64,000 nt of DNA from Patescibacteria group bacterium (GTDB taxonomy: Bacteria; Patescibacteriota; Microgenomatia; PFEM01; JAHIFH01). Made by a program: the position numbers and the translations under genes. Each line of letters starts with the position of its first letter. Positions within the stretch are counted from its first letter, which is position 1. The notes beneath the pieces are model-generated. The model was not told where the DNA came from, did no database searches, and was given only the letters and a program-made list of their open reading frames with translations. This document shows positions 53,380 to 62,668 of the stretch, piece after piece. The stretch is taken from the NCBI GenBank assembly GCA_035529375.1, contig DATKWU010000009.1, positions 289,111 to 353,110 on the forward strand. The letters run 5' to 3'.

Positions 53380-55107
53380 TTAGTTACTAGTGTGTTGTGG
53401 GGCTCTTTTTAATAGATTGAGTAGTTCTCCTTTTTGAATTTGAGCTACTTGTTCGGGCATAAGAGTAAACGAAAATTTAGGATTATCTGATTCGGCTGCT
53501 AAAATAGCCGTACCGATTCTTGTATCATCAATATAAATACTCACAAAATAAATTCCTGGTTTTGGTATTTTAAAAATCATATCACCATCTACGGGACTGA
53601 TGACAAAACTGGAAGAAGAAACAACTGTGGCTGTGTCAACAAGAAATGACTCTCTTGTTGAAGCATTAACTAGCCTAATTTCAAGATGATGCGTTCCTAT
53701 TGGTAGCCTAAAAGCACTTGCAATATGTGCTCTGAGCGGAAGTGGATAGTTTTTCCAGTACGACACCATAAATTGATTTTCAAACTTTAGATAGGATTCT
53801 TCGTATATGGACTTTTCACAGATAGTAAAGTAAACCAGTTCAGCTTTGCCAGACTTTTCAATCACTTCGTCTACGCATTTCCTTAAATGATCCATCATTA
53901 TTTCTTGTTGTTTTTTCATAAACACATCTTTTTTATCAGGGGAGGGAACATCTTCTTTAACATGACCAAAATACATTGCACGCCTTCCTATTAATTGTTT
54001 GTCAATATAACATTCCAATATTGCTGGACCAGGTTTTTCTACGGATAAGTAAATCTTGGAAACAGTATCAATTTCTTCTGGTAAATACTCAATGTGAACA
54101 TCTTGACTATATACTTCTTTTTCTTCGAAATTTTTCAATACGAATCTTAGCTTATGATCACCAGCAGAACCCCAAAGACCAACTGCCGCAATTAACTCAA
54201 CCGAAAAAGGGAATTTATGCGAAGCAATATTCGTTAGTGGATTAAAAAATTCAATAGTTCCTGGACTAATTTTAATTCCGGTGCAAGTTAAAAAATAAGT
54301 TAGGTGCCATTTAACAGCTGATTCTCCAGGAGGCATTTCAAAATCATGAAACTGTAACCTTTTTGCAGGTTCAGTGATTAATTTTATTGGCTCAACTAGT
54401 TGAGTGGTTATATTTTTAGTTAAATCGTGTTGCGTCCAAACACCCTTTTCCATTTCAATGCTTTTAGAGTTAGGTTCTTTATCTGGGTCAATGTCAACAA
54501 ATCCATACCACAAGGGTCTTATCCCATCTGATTCGATTAAGATTGTCTGGAATAATCCCCCAACGGTATCTATTCCCTGTCTTCCTAACTCACTTCCTAG
54601 ATTAATGTAGAGCAAATCAGCCTTTTGTTTTAAAGATTGATTAGGTTTTTCAAATAGGTTTGCGTTTTTTCGAAGATAACCAGCAACGATATTACCTGAA
54701 CCAATAACTGTAAATCCTTCATTGACTTTTTGGGGAGCAAAGGATGGAAACTCAAAAGAAGATACTTCAATTTTGCCTGAATTATTAATTGTTCCAAGGA
54801 TAAAAGCTAAGGGCTCTTTTATTTTTTTATAATAGAATTTTGCTATCCTACATAGCTCTGATACCATTACGTTAGGAATATTTAACTTTGATTTTTTCTT
54901 TAGCGTTCCTCTTAGGCTATTTATCACTAACGCTGCTGTTTTAACATCACCAGCGTATCCAATTACCATTCTATTTCCTAAAGGCAATATTTTTTGTAAT
55001 TTATCCTCAAGAATGTTAGCGTTGATTCTTTTATCCACCCAAGTCGCTCGGCTATCAGAAATCATCACTGTTCCTTCTTTGAATTTGTAGGCTAAAACCA
55101 TTGTCAT
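53380..55107 (-). CDS. HslV/proteasome-beta-like Ntn-hydrolase domain fused to a ~370-aa C-terminal domain of unknown function (element cargo)
   Basis: N-terminus M-TMVLAYKFKEGTVMISDSRATW (Thr directly after the initiator Met, D-x-R/Q-AT). RMVIGYAGDVKTAALVINSL and TVIGSGNIVAGYL parallel HslV TTIVSV...AGDGQATLG, VIAGFAGGTADAFTLFE and IAIGSGGNYALSAA. Confidence 0.6.
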   Translation of the reverse strand: MTMVLAYKFKEGTVMISDSRATWVDKRINANILEDKLQKILPLGNRMVIGYAGDVKTAALVINSLRGTLKKKSKLNIPNVMVSELCRIAKFYYKKIKEPLAFILGTINNSGKIEVSSFEFPSFAPQKVNEGFTVIGSGNIVAGYLRKNANLFEKPNQSLKQKADLLYINLGSELGRQGIDTVGGLFQTILIESDGIRPLWYGFVDIDPDKEPNSKSIEMEKGVWTQHDLTKNITTQLVEPIKLITEPAKRLQFHDFEMPPGESAVKWHLTYFLTCTGIKISPGTIEFFNPLTNIASHKFPFSVELIAAVGLWGSAGDHKLRFVLKNFEEKEVYSQDVHIEYLPEEIDTVSKIYLSVEKPGPAILECYIDKQLIGRRAMYFGHVKEDVPSPDKKDVFMKKQQEIMMDHLRKCVDEVIEKSGKAELVYFTICEKSIYEESYLKFENQFMVSYWKNYPLPLRAHIASAFRLPIGTHHLEIRLVNASTRESFLVDTATVVSSSSFVISPVDGDMIFKIPKPGIYFVSIYIDDTRIGTAILAAESDNPKFSFTLMPEQVAQIQKGELLNLLKRAPQHTSN

Positions 55108-55252
55108 AACTCTCTTTTTCCTCCTCTTGTATTATATCCGAACTATGAGTTTATATACCCGAATAAATTTATTACAATACAAAAAGAAAACTAAAGAAAA
55201 TTCAACCTTTGTCGTTGTGTTATTTCCCCATTTTTGGTTTAATATAAACCAT

Positions 55253-58000
55253 ATGAGCAACATGGGAGAACCATTATCAGGAGCAACACCACTTGAAGCA
55301 ATAAAACCGCCAGTTGTTGCCACTTCTCCAGAAAATCAACCCATTAACCCACTTGCTGAACAATACCAATCTAAAGCACAAGAACTAAAGATTAAACCTG
55401 TGCAGAGTGGTGAGTGGATTGCAACTGATGGCGTTGAATATATTCAATGGGGTGATGAGAAACATCAGTTTGCTTCCAATACAGATGAACAAACTTTCCC
55501 AACCAGATTAAATCAAGTCGGAACCTATGATTCTAATAATGGCACGCTTGCTTTTGTTGATGAAAAAGGCGTAATGCATGCAGGACACTCAACGGATGCA
55601 AATTTTCAAGCATTAGAACAGGCAGGATATAGACGTGGTGGTATTTGGGTTCCATTCTCCAACGGAGAAGTGCCAGCAGATCCAGAATTAAGAAAGCAAT
55701 ATATAGAACTTAGGGAAAAGGGGAGAGAAATAAATAAAAAAGCAAATATTGAACGACACCTTCATGTTTATAGTGAAACCGCTGAGAGAAAAGGAATAAA
55801 ACCTGTTGAGGGGGGTCTGTTTATGATGGTTGATGGTATTGAATACAGACATTGGGGAAACGAAACAGGGACAATAGACACCAATACAGACGGTTATAAC
55901 ATGGCTATTCGAAGAGTTGAACAAGTGGGAACTTTCGATGGTAATAACGGAAGAATGGCTTTTGTGGATGGACAAGGAAGAATGTGGGCTGGTGCAGCTA
56001 CTAGCGAAAACTATGAAGCAATAAATAAAGCTGGTTATACAAGGGGTGGTATCTGGGTTCCCTTCTCTAATGGAGAAATGCCAACCGATAGAGCAACTTA
56101 CGAACAACTAAGGGATGTTTTAACTGGAAAACACGCAGAACAATTAAAAGCCGAAAGGGATGCTAGGGTTGAAGAAATAATTGAAGGAAGAAAAGTTTTA
56201 TTTGGTGATACTGCGATATTGCCAGATAGGAACGAACTATTTGTCAAAGTTGCAGATAGAGCAGAGCGACAATACATAAACGAAGCTGAATTAGTTAAGG
56301 AAAAGTTACAACCCAGAACTGAAAAAGATAACGCTGGTTTTGAACGAAGTATATATACAATTAACGGTGTTACCTTTTCTTTTAAAGGTCGAGAAGAATT
56401 ACCAACTTATCAAACATTAACAAGTTCAAGAACTACGCTATTGGGAGAGGCTCCGAATTGGGTTGAAGTAGAAGATTATCAAAAATATCAAGAACAATTA
56501 AGACAAACTCAAACCCAAGAAGGTGCTACACAACATTTTGTAACAAATAAAACGCTTCTAGGTGTTGTTGAATTAGCAATAACATTAGGAAGTAAAGATA
56601 GTTCACTAACACAACTTCGTGGGGAATTATATAAAGGAGTTTATAGCCAAAGAGCATTGACACTATTAGATGCTTTAGTTGATTCTAATTATGGTGATTC
56701 GATCAGATATGGTGGTAAACCAGAAAGCCAAGCTGAAGCGGTGGTTTTATTATCTTTACTTGGTGATATTCAAGCACAAACTGCTGTTGCTGAAAATGTT
56801 GAGTCGCAAAGAGAATACGAGACAAGCAAACAAGCTCATCGTGAGCGAAGAAAAATTGACAATGAACCATTAAAACCACAGGAATTGTGTGCCGTACATG
56901 CTACAAGGTATAAGCCAGAAGCTACAGAAGATGGGGATTTTTTAATTCCTACTACTTTTGATGCAACTAAAGGAAAGGTATTGCGAAATACAGTTCACAC
57001 AGCGTTAAATCACAAAGTTGCAGGTCATATGTATGGTTCTTGGGGCGATGCGGGATATGTGGTTATTTCGCCATTTGAGAAAATGATGGAAGCAAATGGA
57101 GTTCCAGCAGTTTTGAATACCGTTGATACCTATTGGGCAACTAACCCTGGCGAACCATTAGTTTTTGCTAACGGAACTCTTGTGGCTCCTGGTGGTAATG
57201 AAGTTCAAGGATTGTATCAGCAAGAAGGAAATGTTGTAAAGTTTAAATCGTCTGGTTTAGATAGACAGGATTTAATAAATCTAACTGCCTATTCTAGGCA
57301 AAATGGTTATCAAGATAGTTTTTCAAGAAGTATAGACGAAGCATTAAGCGGAGCGTTACATCCTTATGGTTCTGCTATGGAATTAGCAGATCAGTGGGAT
57401 TTTAGTACTACCCAACTAGCTCTAAATCAATTCCTTTACCATGCAGATAATAGTTATGGTCATCAACCTGCACTTCTAAATTTGTTGACAGTAGAAATTG
57501 AGGGTCAACCGGAATCAAATATCGAAACCAGACTCAAAAATTTAATTGAGCAGTCAGGGGCAATATCGGGATTAAAGCCAGAAGTTACTGATAAAGATAG
57601 TGCTGTTACTACATTTGCAAAAACTCTCGCTGATAGAATTAGGTCAACAATGTTTTCTGAATTGAATGAGTTAACGGTTAGGGAGGCAATTAGACAGAGG
57701 GGATTTGCAGTTCAACCTGGAGGAATGTGGGCTTGGGGTGATAGTTGGACGGTAACTGCAGAAACAGGTGCTTTAGGAGAAGAATTAGGAGTGCCTGTTG
57801 GAGCGCATACCAACATGGTAGACCATACGTTAACAGAAAGATTTTCTGGAGCGATTAGTCAAGCCACAGAGGGAGAACGTGGTAATGGGAAATTTAATTG
57901 GACAAAATATAATGCAAACTATGATGATTTAGTAAAGGACTTGGACCCAAAAACTCGCAGAGTTCTTTATGCTTCAGGACTTTTGACCGCTAGAGGATAA
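55253..58000 (+). CDS. Large hypothetical protein with two tandem ~125-aa repeats (element cargo; divergent from the Ntn-hydrolase gene)
   Basis: Repeat 1 GVEYIQWGDEKHQF...NNGTLAFVDEKGVMHAGHSTDANFQALEQAGYRRGGIWVPFSNGEVP. Repeat 2 GIEYRHWGNETGTI...NNGRMAFVDGQGRMWAGAATSENYEAINKAGYTRGGIWVPFSNGEMP. Start moved to ATG 55253 (MSNMGEPLSG), preceded by TTGGTT-17-TATAAA. The track ORF from 55127 would leave only 19 bp to the divergent gene. Confidence 0.55.
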   Translation: MSNMGEPLSGATPLEAIKPPVVATSPENQPINPLAEQYQSKAQELKIKPVQSGEWIATDGVEYIQWGDEKHQFASNTDEQTFPTRLNQVGTYDSNNGTLAFVDEKGVMHAGHSTDANFQALEQAGYRRGGIWVPFSNGEVPADPELRKQYIELREKGREINKKANIERHLHVYSETAERKGIKPVEGGLFMMVDGIEYRHWGNETGTIDTNTDGYNMAIRRVEQVGTFDGNNGRMAFVDGQGRMWAGAATSENYEAINKAGYTRGGIWVPFSNGEMPTDRATYEQLRDVLTGKHAEQLKAERDARVEEIIEGRKVLFGDTAILPDRNELFVKVADRAERQYINEAELVKEKLQPRTEKDNAGFERSIYTINGVTFSFKGREELPTYQTLTSSRTTLLGEAPNWVEVEDYQKYQEQLRQTQTQEGATQHFVTNKTLLGVVELAITLGSKDSSLTQLRGELYKGVYSQRALTLLDALVDSNYGDSIRYGGKPESQAEAVVLLSLLGDIQAQTAVAENVESQREYETSKQAHRERRKIDNEPLKPQELCAVHATRYKPEATEDGDFLIPTTFDATKGKVLRNTVHTALNHKVAGHMYGSWGDAGYVVISPFEKMMEANGVPAVLNTVDTYWATNPGEPLVFANGTLVAPGGNEVQGLYQQEGNVVKFKSSGLDRQDLINLTAYSRQNGYQDSFSRSIDEALSGALHPYGSAMELADQWDFSTTQLALNQFLYHADNSYGHQPALLNLLTVEIEGQPESNIETRLKNLIEQSGAISGLKPEVTDKDSAVTTFAKTLADRIRSTMFSELNELTVREAIRQRGFAVQPGGMWAWGDSWTVTAETGALGEELGVPVGAHTNMVDHTLTERFSGAISQATEGERGNGKFNWTKYNANYDDLVKDLDPKTRRVLYASGLLTARG

Positions 58001-58065
58001 CTATAGAAAAGAAAAAAGACCAATGATTAGTCGGTCTTCTTTCGAATATACCTTTTCCAAATTTC

Positions 58066-58317
58066 TCACTTTTTGGAAACTGCTTCTTTTTTAATTTTAA
58101 CCTCTTTAATTTCGTTATTCACCGTTGTTGTTTCTTGAACCTGTTTTGCTTCTAGTTTCTTTGCTTTGCGTCTTGCTAAATATTCCTTGTGTTTGGCACG
58201 ACCTTTTTCACTTTGTTGGTAGCGAAGCCTTGCCTCTTTCCCTTTTGAACTTTGAGCGTATTTTTTTTGGGCTTGTGTCCAACCTTTCTGTTTTTTGTTT
58301 TTAGTCGTTTCTTCCAT
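58066..58317 (-). CDS. Small lysine-rich basic protein (83 aa; element cargo)
   Basis: Strong SD AAGGAGGTGA 7 nt upstream of the ATG. K/R-rich (KKQKGWTQAQKKYAQSSKGKEARLRYQ...). The alternative overlapping frame 58176-58418 lacks an SD. Confidence 0.5.
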   Translation of the reverse strand: MEETTKNKKQKGWTQAQKKYAQSSKGKEARLRYQQSEKGRAKHKEYLARRKAKKLEAKQVQETTTVNNEIKEVKIKKEAVSKK

Positions 58318-58520
58318 GTTTTCGTCACCTCCTTACTTGGTCTAAATGTGTTAATATAATAATTATCAAACACCCTATAAAAGGGTTCACGGGGTAAGAC
58401 TAGGTAAGACGGGGGCAATTCTTCAAGGTTTAGTAAAAGTTCGTAGTGTTTCCTGAAAATTAGGACAATAAAAGAAAATTATGAAAATATCTTTTTATTG
58501 TTATTAATTAAGGAGGCATT

Positions 58521-59429
58521 ATGAAAAATATTTCAATATTATTTCCCAAATCGGAGTTTACGTCCGATCAACTGCAAAAATTAGGTTTCGCAGGACAAGT
58601 TTCTTTTATAGAAAGTGGTAGTGAGAGTTCACTAAAAGATTTAATTAAGCTCTCAAAAGATGCCGACATACTTGCGTTTAGCCCAGATAAAATTGGCAAG
58701 TGTGCTTCAGAATGGTTGCTCAAAATACTTGAAGCCTCACCGAAAGTAAAAGGGTTAGCTTTAAATACAACCCATGCTAACTATGTTGATATGGGTTATT
58801 GCAACGAAAGACGCATAAGAGTTTTTACAATTCTTGATGACTCTGCTGAGGCAATCGCCGAGCATGTCATATTACTTATCTTAGGCTGTGCTAAAAGATT
58901 GTTTATTAATGATCGAAGAACTTACAGGCGAAAGTACCAACCAGAACTAGGATTTGAAATCAGAGGTAAAAGCCTAGGCGTTATCGGTTCAAATTTGGAG
59001 GCGCAAAGGGTTGTGTCGCTAGCAAAAGCAATAGGAATGACAGTATATGCGACAGAACGCCTTGAGGGAGCAATTAGGAAACCATCCGTGCTTCAATCAG
59101 ACATTATTACAATTCATTTACCTGATACAGAAGAAAATAAAAAGTATTTGTCTAAAGAAAAAATTGCACTACTAAAAGATGGGGCGATTGTCATAAATCT
59201 TTCGAGCAGGGATATAGTCGATGAAAAAGCTATGGCGGAAGCATTAAAGAAAAGACTGGTTGACCAATATGCTTTTGAGGCGGAAAGCATGAAGAAATCA
59301 CCGCTTGGGGAAAGTGAATTTGCTCTAATGTTTAAGCCATTTTGTAAATTCACAAAAGAATCACTTAGGAGAAACAGGAGTCTGTGGGTCATAAATATTT
59401 CTAACTTGGCTGGGAAACCGACTTCCTAA
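58521..59429 (+). CDS. D-isomer-specific 2-hydroxyacid dehydrogenase-family protein (NAD-binding domain; possibly non-catalytic)
   Basis: GKSLGVIGSNLEAQRVVSLAKAIGMTVYATER (Rossmann), then ITIHLPDTEENKKYLSKEKIALLKDGAIVINLSSRDIVDEKAMAEAL, which matches the 2-Hacid_dh_C pattern. SD AAGGAGG. Confidence 0.55.
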   Translation: MKNISILFPKSEFTSDQLQKLGFAGQVSFIESGSESSLKDLIKLSKDADILAFSPDKIGKCASEWLLKILEASPKVKGLALNTTHANYVDMGYCNERRIRVFTILDDSAEAIAEHVILLILGCAKRLFINDRRTYRRKYQPELGFEIRGKSLGVIGSNLEAQRVVSLAKAIGMTVYATERLEGAIRKPSVLQSDIITIHLPDTEENKKYLSKEKIALLKDGAIVINLSSRDIVDEKAMAEALKKRLVDQYAFEAESMKKSPLGESEFALMFKPFCKFTKESLRRNRSLWVINISNLAGKPTS

Positions 59430-59595
59430 CCGAGTATATGCGATAGAAATCAATTGTGAGCCATTCTTATAAGAGGTGAAACAATGCGATACCTAAAACA
59501 GGTATCTTTCATTCGTTTAGCCTCAAACGCTTGTTTAATCGCATTGTACGAGGTTATCGCTATGGTAATTAGCCTGAAAGTATTAAAATATAGCT

Positions 59596-60255
59596 ATGGA
59601 CATGTTTATTAAATGGCTATCAGAAAATTACGGGTGGGTTGTAAGCCTACTGATACAAGGCTTTATCGCATATCATGTTTTCTTTCTTTCTCAGAAGTTA
59701 TCAAGTAAGGCTAGATTAGAACATAAAGAATCGATAAAGCGTAAGGCAGATGAGTTGTTGTCAGAAGTACGAAGGAAAAAACTAAATAGTGAGGTTTATT
59801 TAGTAAACATTAATAGATATTTCAAAGACTACCCATCAAACACAGAAAAAAGATTTGAAGGATATTCCCATATCAGAGCTGAAATAAAATCAACAAGATT
59901 TGATGGAATTGAGTTTTTTGCTGAACCACCCGTAGAAGTGTATAAAAAATCAAACGGAAGCCTATCTTTCAAGGGGACTAAGAAAGAAAAAGTATTTAAT
60001 GCTTATCCCGTTGGGGTTGTTCCTTATGAGTGGATTGAACATGTTGATATAAGTGGGGATGAATACGCTTATGTTCCATTATTCTATTGTTACTACAAAG
60101 GCAAAACAAACTGGAAGTTTTGGAAACGCTTCTTATTCTTTGGCTACCCCTATAAAAAGATGCTCTACTATAAATTGAGTGATGTGTATGACGAAAGAAA
60201 TGATCCTAGCGAAATGAAGTACTCGTATATCGATCAACCTATTGGGAAATTCTAA
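59596..60255 (+). CDS. Hypothetical N-terminally TM-anchored protein (element cargo)
   Basis: TM WVVSLLIQGFIAYHVFFL. Aromatic-rich C-terminus. Confidence 0.45.
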   Translation: MDMFIKWLSENYGWVVSLLIQGFIAYHVFFLSQKLSSKARLEHKESIKRKADELLSEVRRKKLNSEVYLVNINRYFKDYPSNTEKRFEGYSHIRAEIKSTRFDGIEFFAEPPVEVYKKSNGSLSFKGTKKEKVFNAYPVGVVPYEWIEHVDISGDEYAYVPLFYCYYKGKTNWKFWKRFLFFGYPYKKMLYYKLSDVYDERNDPSEMKYSYIDQPIGKF

Positions 60256-60264
60256 CTAACCGCC

Positions 60265-60382
60265 AGGCAAGGTTTCACTTTTTCTATTTCCTCTCTGATT
60301 TGAGCTACAAGCCTAAAGTCAGAGAAAGCCTTGATAATACAAGATAATTGCGTGGTTATATTAGAGGTGCGATCCTCGAGCC
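60265..60382. repeat. ~120-bp att-proximal sequence, copy A (partner at 63124-63250, ~70% identity)
   Basis: AGGCAAGGTTTCACTTT...CCTTGATAATACAAGATAATTGCGTGGTTATATTAGAGGTGCGATCCTCGAGC versus AGGCAAGGCTTCACTTT...CCTTGATAATATGGGAAAAACTCTTGGTTATATTAAGGTTTCGCCCTTCGAGC. Confidence 0.4.
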
Positions 60383-60401
60383 AGTTGGAACTTAATATAC
60401 C
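60378..60401. repeat. Right copy of the 24-bp direct repeat; putative attR
   Basis: Identical to 49748-49771. Confidence 0.6.
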
Positions 60402-60541
60402 CAAGTGCTTGTTAATACTTCAATAAAAACAAGCCTTAAATCGCCTCTAATAAAATCCCTTAGTTGTAAGGAAAAGTTGAAGCTAAACTTATAATTTTCT
60501 TTTGCTTGAGGTAAAATATAGGAAAGTGATATATTAGCGGT

Positions 60542-61003
60542 ATGAACAAAAATCTTTGGAACAAACAGACATTTTTGACTCTTGCCGGTATGTTGGCATT
60601 ATTTGCCGGACTTGCCGCCTTTTTTTATTATGAAGGCCTTGCGGGCAGGCCAATATACCTATTTGCAATAATAGCAGTGGCTGTTATCGTCGCTGCCGTT
60701 GCCGCGGTTTATTTGTACCTGTTGTCAAAGGGTAAAATCCAGCAAACAGGTCCGGATTACCGTTCTCTTTTTTTCTTGGGCCTTATGTTTTTTATCTTCG
60801 GCTCGCCAGAAAACCCTGCCTTTTATGCTATTGGCCTTGTGTTTGTTATTGCCGCTTTGGTCAACAGAAAGAAATGGAAAAAACAGCCCAAGCTAAGCGA
60901 ATTATCCCCAGCTCAAAGAAAATTCAGAATTGCCCTGATGATAGCTTTGGGGTTTTTGGTATTGGCTGGTTTTGTGGCTTGGTGGTGGTTCGATAAAATG
61001 TAA
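60542..61003 (+). CDS. Hypothetical polytopic membrane protein (4 TM)
   Basis: Four hydrophobic helices. Basic loop NRKKWKKQPK. Confidence 0.5.
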   Translation: MNKNLWNKQTFLTLAGMLALFAGLAAFFYYEGLAGRPIYLFAIIAVAVIVAAVAAVYLYLLSKGKIQQTGPDYRSLFFLGLMFFIFGSPENPAFYAIGLVFVIAALVNRKKWKKQPKLSELSPAQRKFRIALMIALGFLVLAGFVAWWWFDKM

Positions 61004-61061
61004 GTGTTGAAAATAAGTGCAAGACTAAATTTTCAATATTTGTTATTATGAACTTAACAAT

Positions 61062-61457
61062 ATGCAAAGCAGTGAATGGTATCAGCAATTAATTAGACCG
61101 TCGTGGTCTCCACCGTCTTGGCTTTTTGGTCCGGTTTGGACTTTTCTATATATTTTAATCGCTGTTTCCTTTTTTAAAGTATTTCAACTAACTTTTCAAA
61201 AAAAAGCCGCGTTTATTGTCGCACTCCCGTTTATTCTTAATCTCATCTTTAACTTTGCATTTACTCCCTTACAATTTGGATTAAGAAACAACTTTCTAGC
61301 TGCAATTGACATCCTCCTTGTTTTGGGCACTCTTGTTTGGGCAATGATTGCCATTTATCCTCATGCAAAATGGATTACTTTTATTCAAATTCCATATTTA
61401 TTGTGGGTTAGTTTTGCGACTGTTTTGCAGTTAACAATTACTTATTTAAATCGTTAA
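61062..61457 (+). CDS. TspO/MBR-family (tryptophan-rich sensory protein)-like membrane protein, short
   Basis: WYQQLIRPSWSPPSWLFGPVWTFLYILIA matches the TspO N-terminal signature. Only 131 aa. Confidence 0.55.
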   Translation: MQSSEWYQQLIRPSWSPPSWLFGPVWTFLYILIAVSFFKVFQLTFQKKAAFIVALPFILNLIFNFAFTPLQFGLRNNFLAAIDILLVLGTLVWAMIAIYPHAKWITFIQIPYLLWVSFATVLQLTITYLNR

Positions 61458-61458
61458 G

Positions 61459-61851
61459 ATGTTTATAAAAACTTATTTAATCACCCTGCCGGTATTTTTG
61501 GCAATCGACTTGGTTTGGCTGAGCCTAATCGCCAGGAAATTTTACGCCCAATACCTAGGTTATTTGATGAAGACAAATGTCAATTTTGCGGCAGCTGGCC
61601 TATTTTATTTGCTGTTTGTGGTTGGTTTGGTGATTTTCTCGGTTCTACCGGCACTAGAGAAAAATTCTTGGATTCAGGCTCTTTTTTTGGGAGCTTTACT
61701 CGGACTTGTCTCCTATGCCACCTATGATTTAACGAATTTAGCTACAATCAAAGACTGGCCGTTGTTGGTTACGATTGTAGACATAGTATGGGGAACAGTT
61801 TTGGGGGCCTCAGTTTCTCTGATTAGCTATTTTATTGCCACAAAAATATAG
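61459..61851 (+). CDS. Small polytopic membrane protein (DUF2177-like; assignment tentative)
   Basis: Four TM helices. 2-nt gap after the upstream gene. Confidence 0.4.
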   Translation: MFIKTYLITLPVFLAIDLVWLSLIARKFYAQYLGYLMKTNVNFAAAGLFYLLFVVGLVIFSVLPALEKNSWIQALFLGALLGLVSYATYDLTNLATIKDWPLLVTIVDIVWGTVLGASVSLISYFIATKI

Positions 61852-61857
61852 AAGAAA

Positions 61858-62634
61858 TTATCCTTTTTGAGGTAGGGGGATTAAAATACTAGTTTTCTTT
61901 TTATAATTCTGATACTTCTTGTTATCAGCAAATTTTTTGTCATATCTTTTTTCGAGTGGGGGAATGCCACTAACGAATAAGAGTATGAAGGTGATAAAAA
62001 ATGGGCCAATGATGGTTAACCATGACATTCCCCGGATGAAGGGTAGAACGAAAATAAATATTCCCCACCAACAAAGCATTTCCCCAAAATAATTAGGATG
62101 TCTTGAGTATTTCCACAAGCCCGTTTGAATCCACAGATTTTTATTCTTTGGCTTGTTTTTGAAGCTGAACTTTTGCCAATCAGAAATTGTTTCAATTATT
62201 AAGCCCAGAGCCCAAATTGCAACTCCTAAAATCATAATAAAATTTATTGTTTTATGTTCGGTGATACTTAATAAATAAATTGATGGCAGCATGATTGCCC
62301 AGACGACTAGGCCTTGGAAGAGCCAAAACTTTAAAAATTGGAGTGGTTTTTCTCTGATATTGTCAAAACGACTATCCTTTTTAATTTTTAAGATTCTAAT
62401 TAGGAGGTAAGAAATAAGTCTTATACCCCAAAAAATAACCATTACCGTTAGTAATATCTGGTAAAAATAGAATGTCTGGTTTTTAAGAAGGAATAGAAAA
62501 GCAAGTATAATAAAGGTCAGACCGTAGGTAAAATCAGTAAACTTGTCTGTTTTAAAAGAACTGGCTAAAACAAAAAATATGAGATTTATTCCTAGGCTGA
62601 CAAGTAAAGCTAGAAGGTAAATATTTATCATCAT
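61858..62634 (-). CDS. DUF1295/ICMT/PEMT-like polytopic membrane protein (steroid-5-alpha-reductase-like fold family)
   Basis: C-terminal WKYSRHPNYFGEMLCWWGIFIF (RHPxYxGE motif) after about 6 TM helices. Confidence 0.55.
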   Translation of the reverse strand: MMINIYLLALLVSLGINLIFFVLASSFKTDKFTDFTYGLTFIILAFLFLLKNQTFYFYQILLTVMVIFWGIRLISYLLIRILKIKKDSRFDNIREKPLQFLKFWLFQGLVVWAIMLPSIYLLSITEHKTINFIMILGVAIWALGLIIETISDWQKFSFKNKPKNKNLWIQTGLWKYSRHPNYFGEMLCWWGIFIFVLPFIRGMSWLTIIGPFFITFILLFVSGIPPLEKRYDKKFADNKKYQNYKKKTSILIPLPQKG

Positions 62635-62668
62635 GTCTTTATTATAAGTAAAATAAAGAATTATTGAT

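Larger units (their letters stand above)
49748..60401. mobile_element. ~10.6-kb integrated element at the tRNA 3' end, bounded by 24-bp direct repeats, with a serine recombinase at the tRNA-proximal end
   Basis: Flanking direct repeats. Integrase adjacent to tRNA. Cargo consists only of uncharacterised genes. Composition is visibly AT-richer than flanking housekeeping DNA (by eye, not computed). Confidence 0.5.

Noticed and set aside
59481-59547. 10-bp inverted repeat ACAATGCGAT…ATCGCATTGT with a ~47-nt spacer upstream of the 59596 gene
   Set aside because: It could be a regulatory hairpin or sRNA, but it is a single occurrence with no conservation evidence available. Not pursued.
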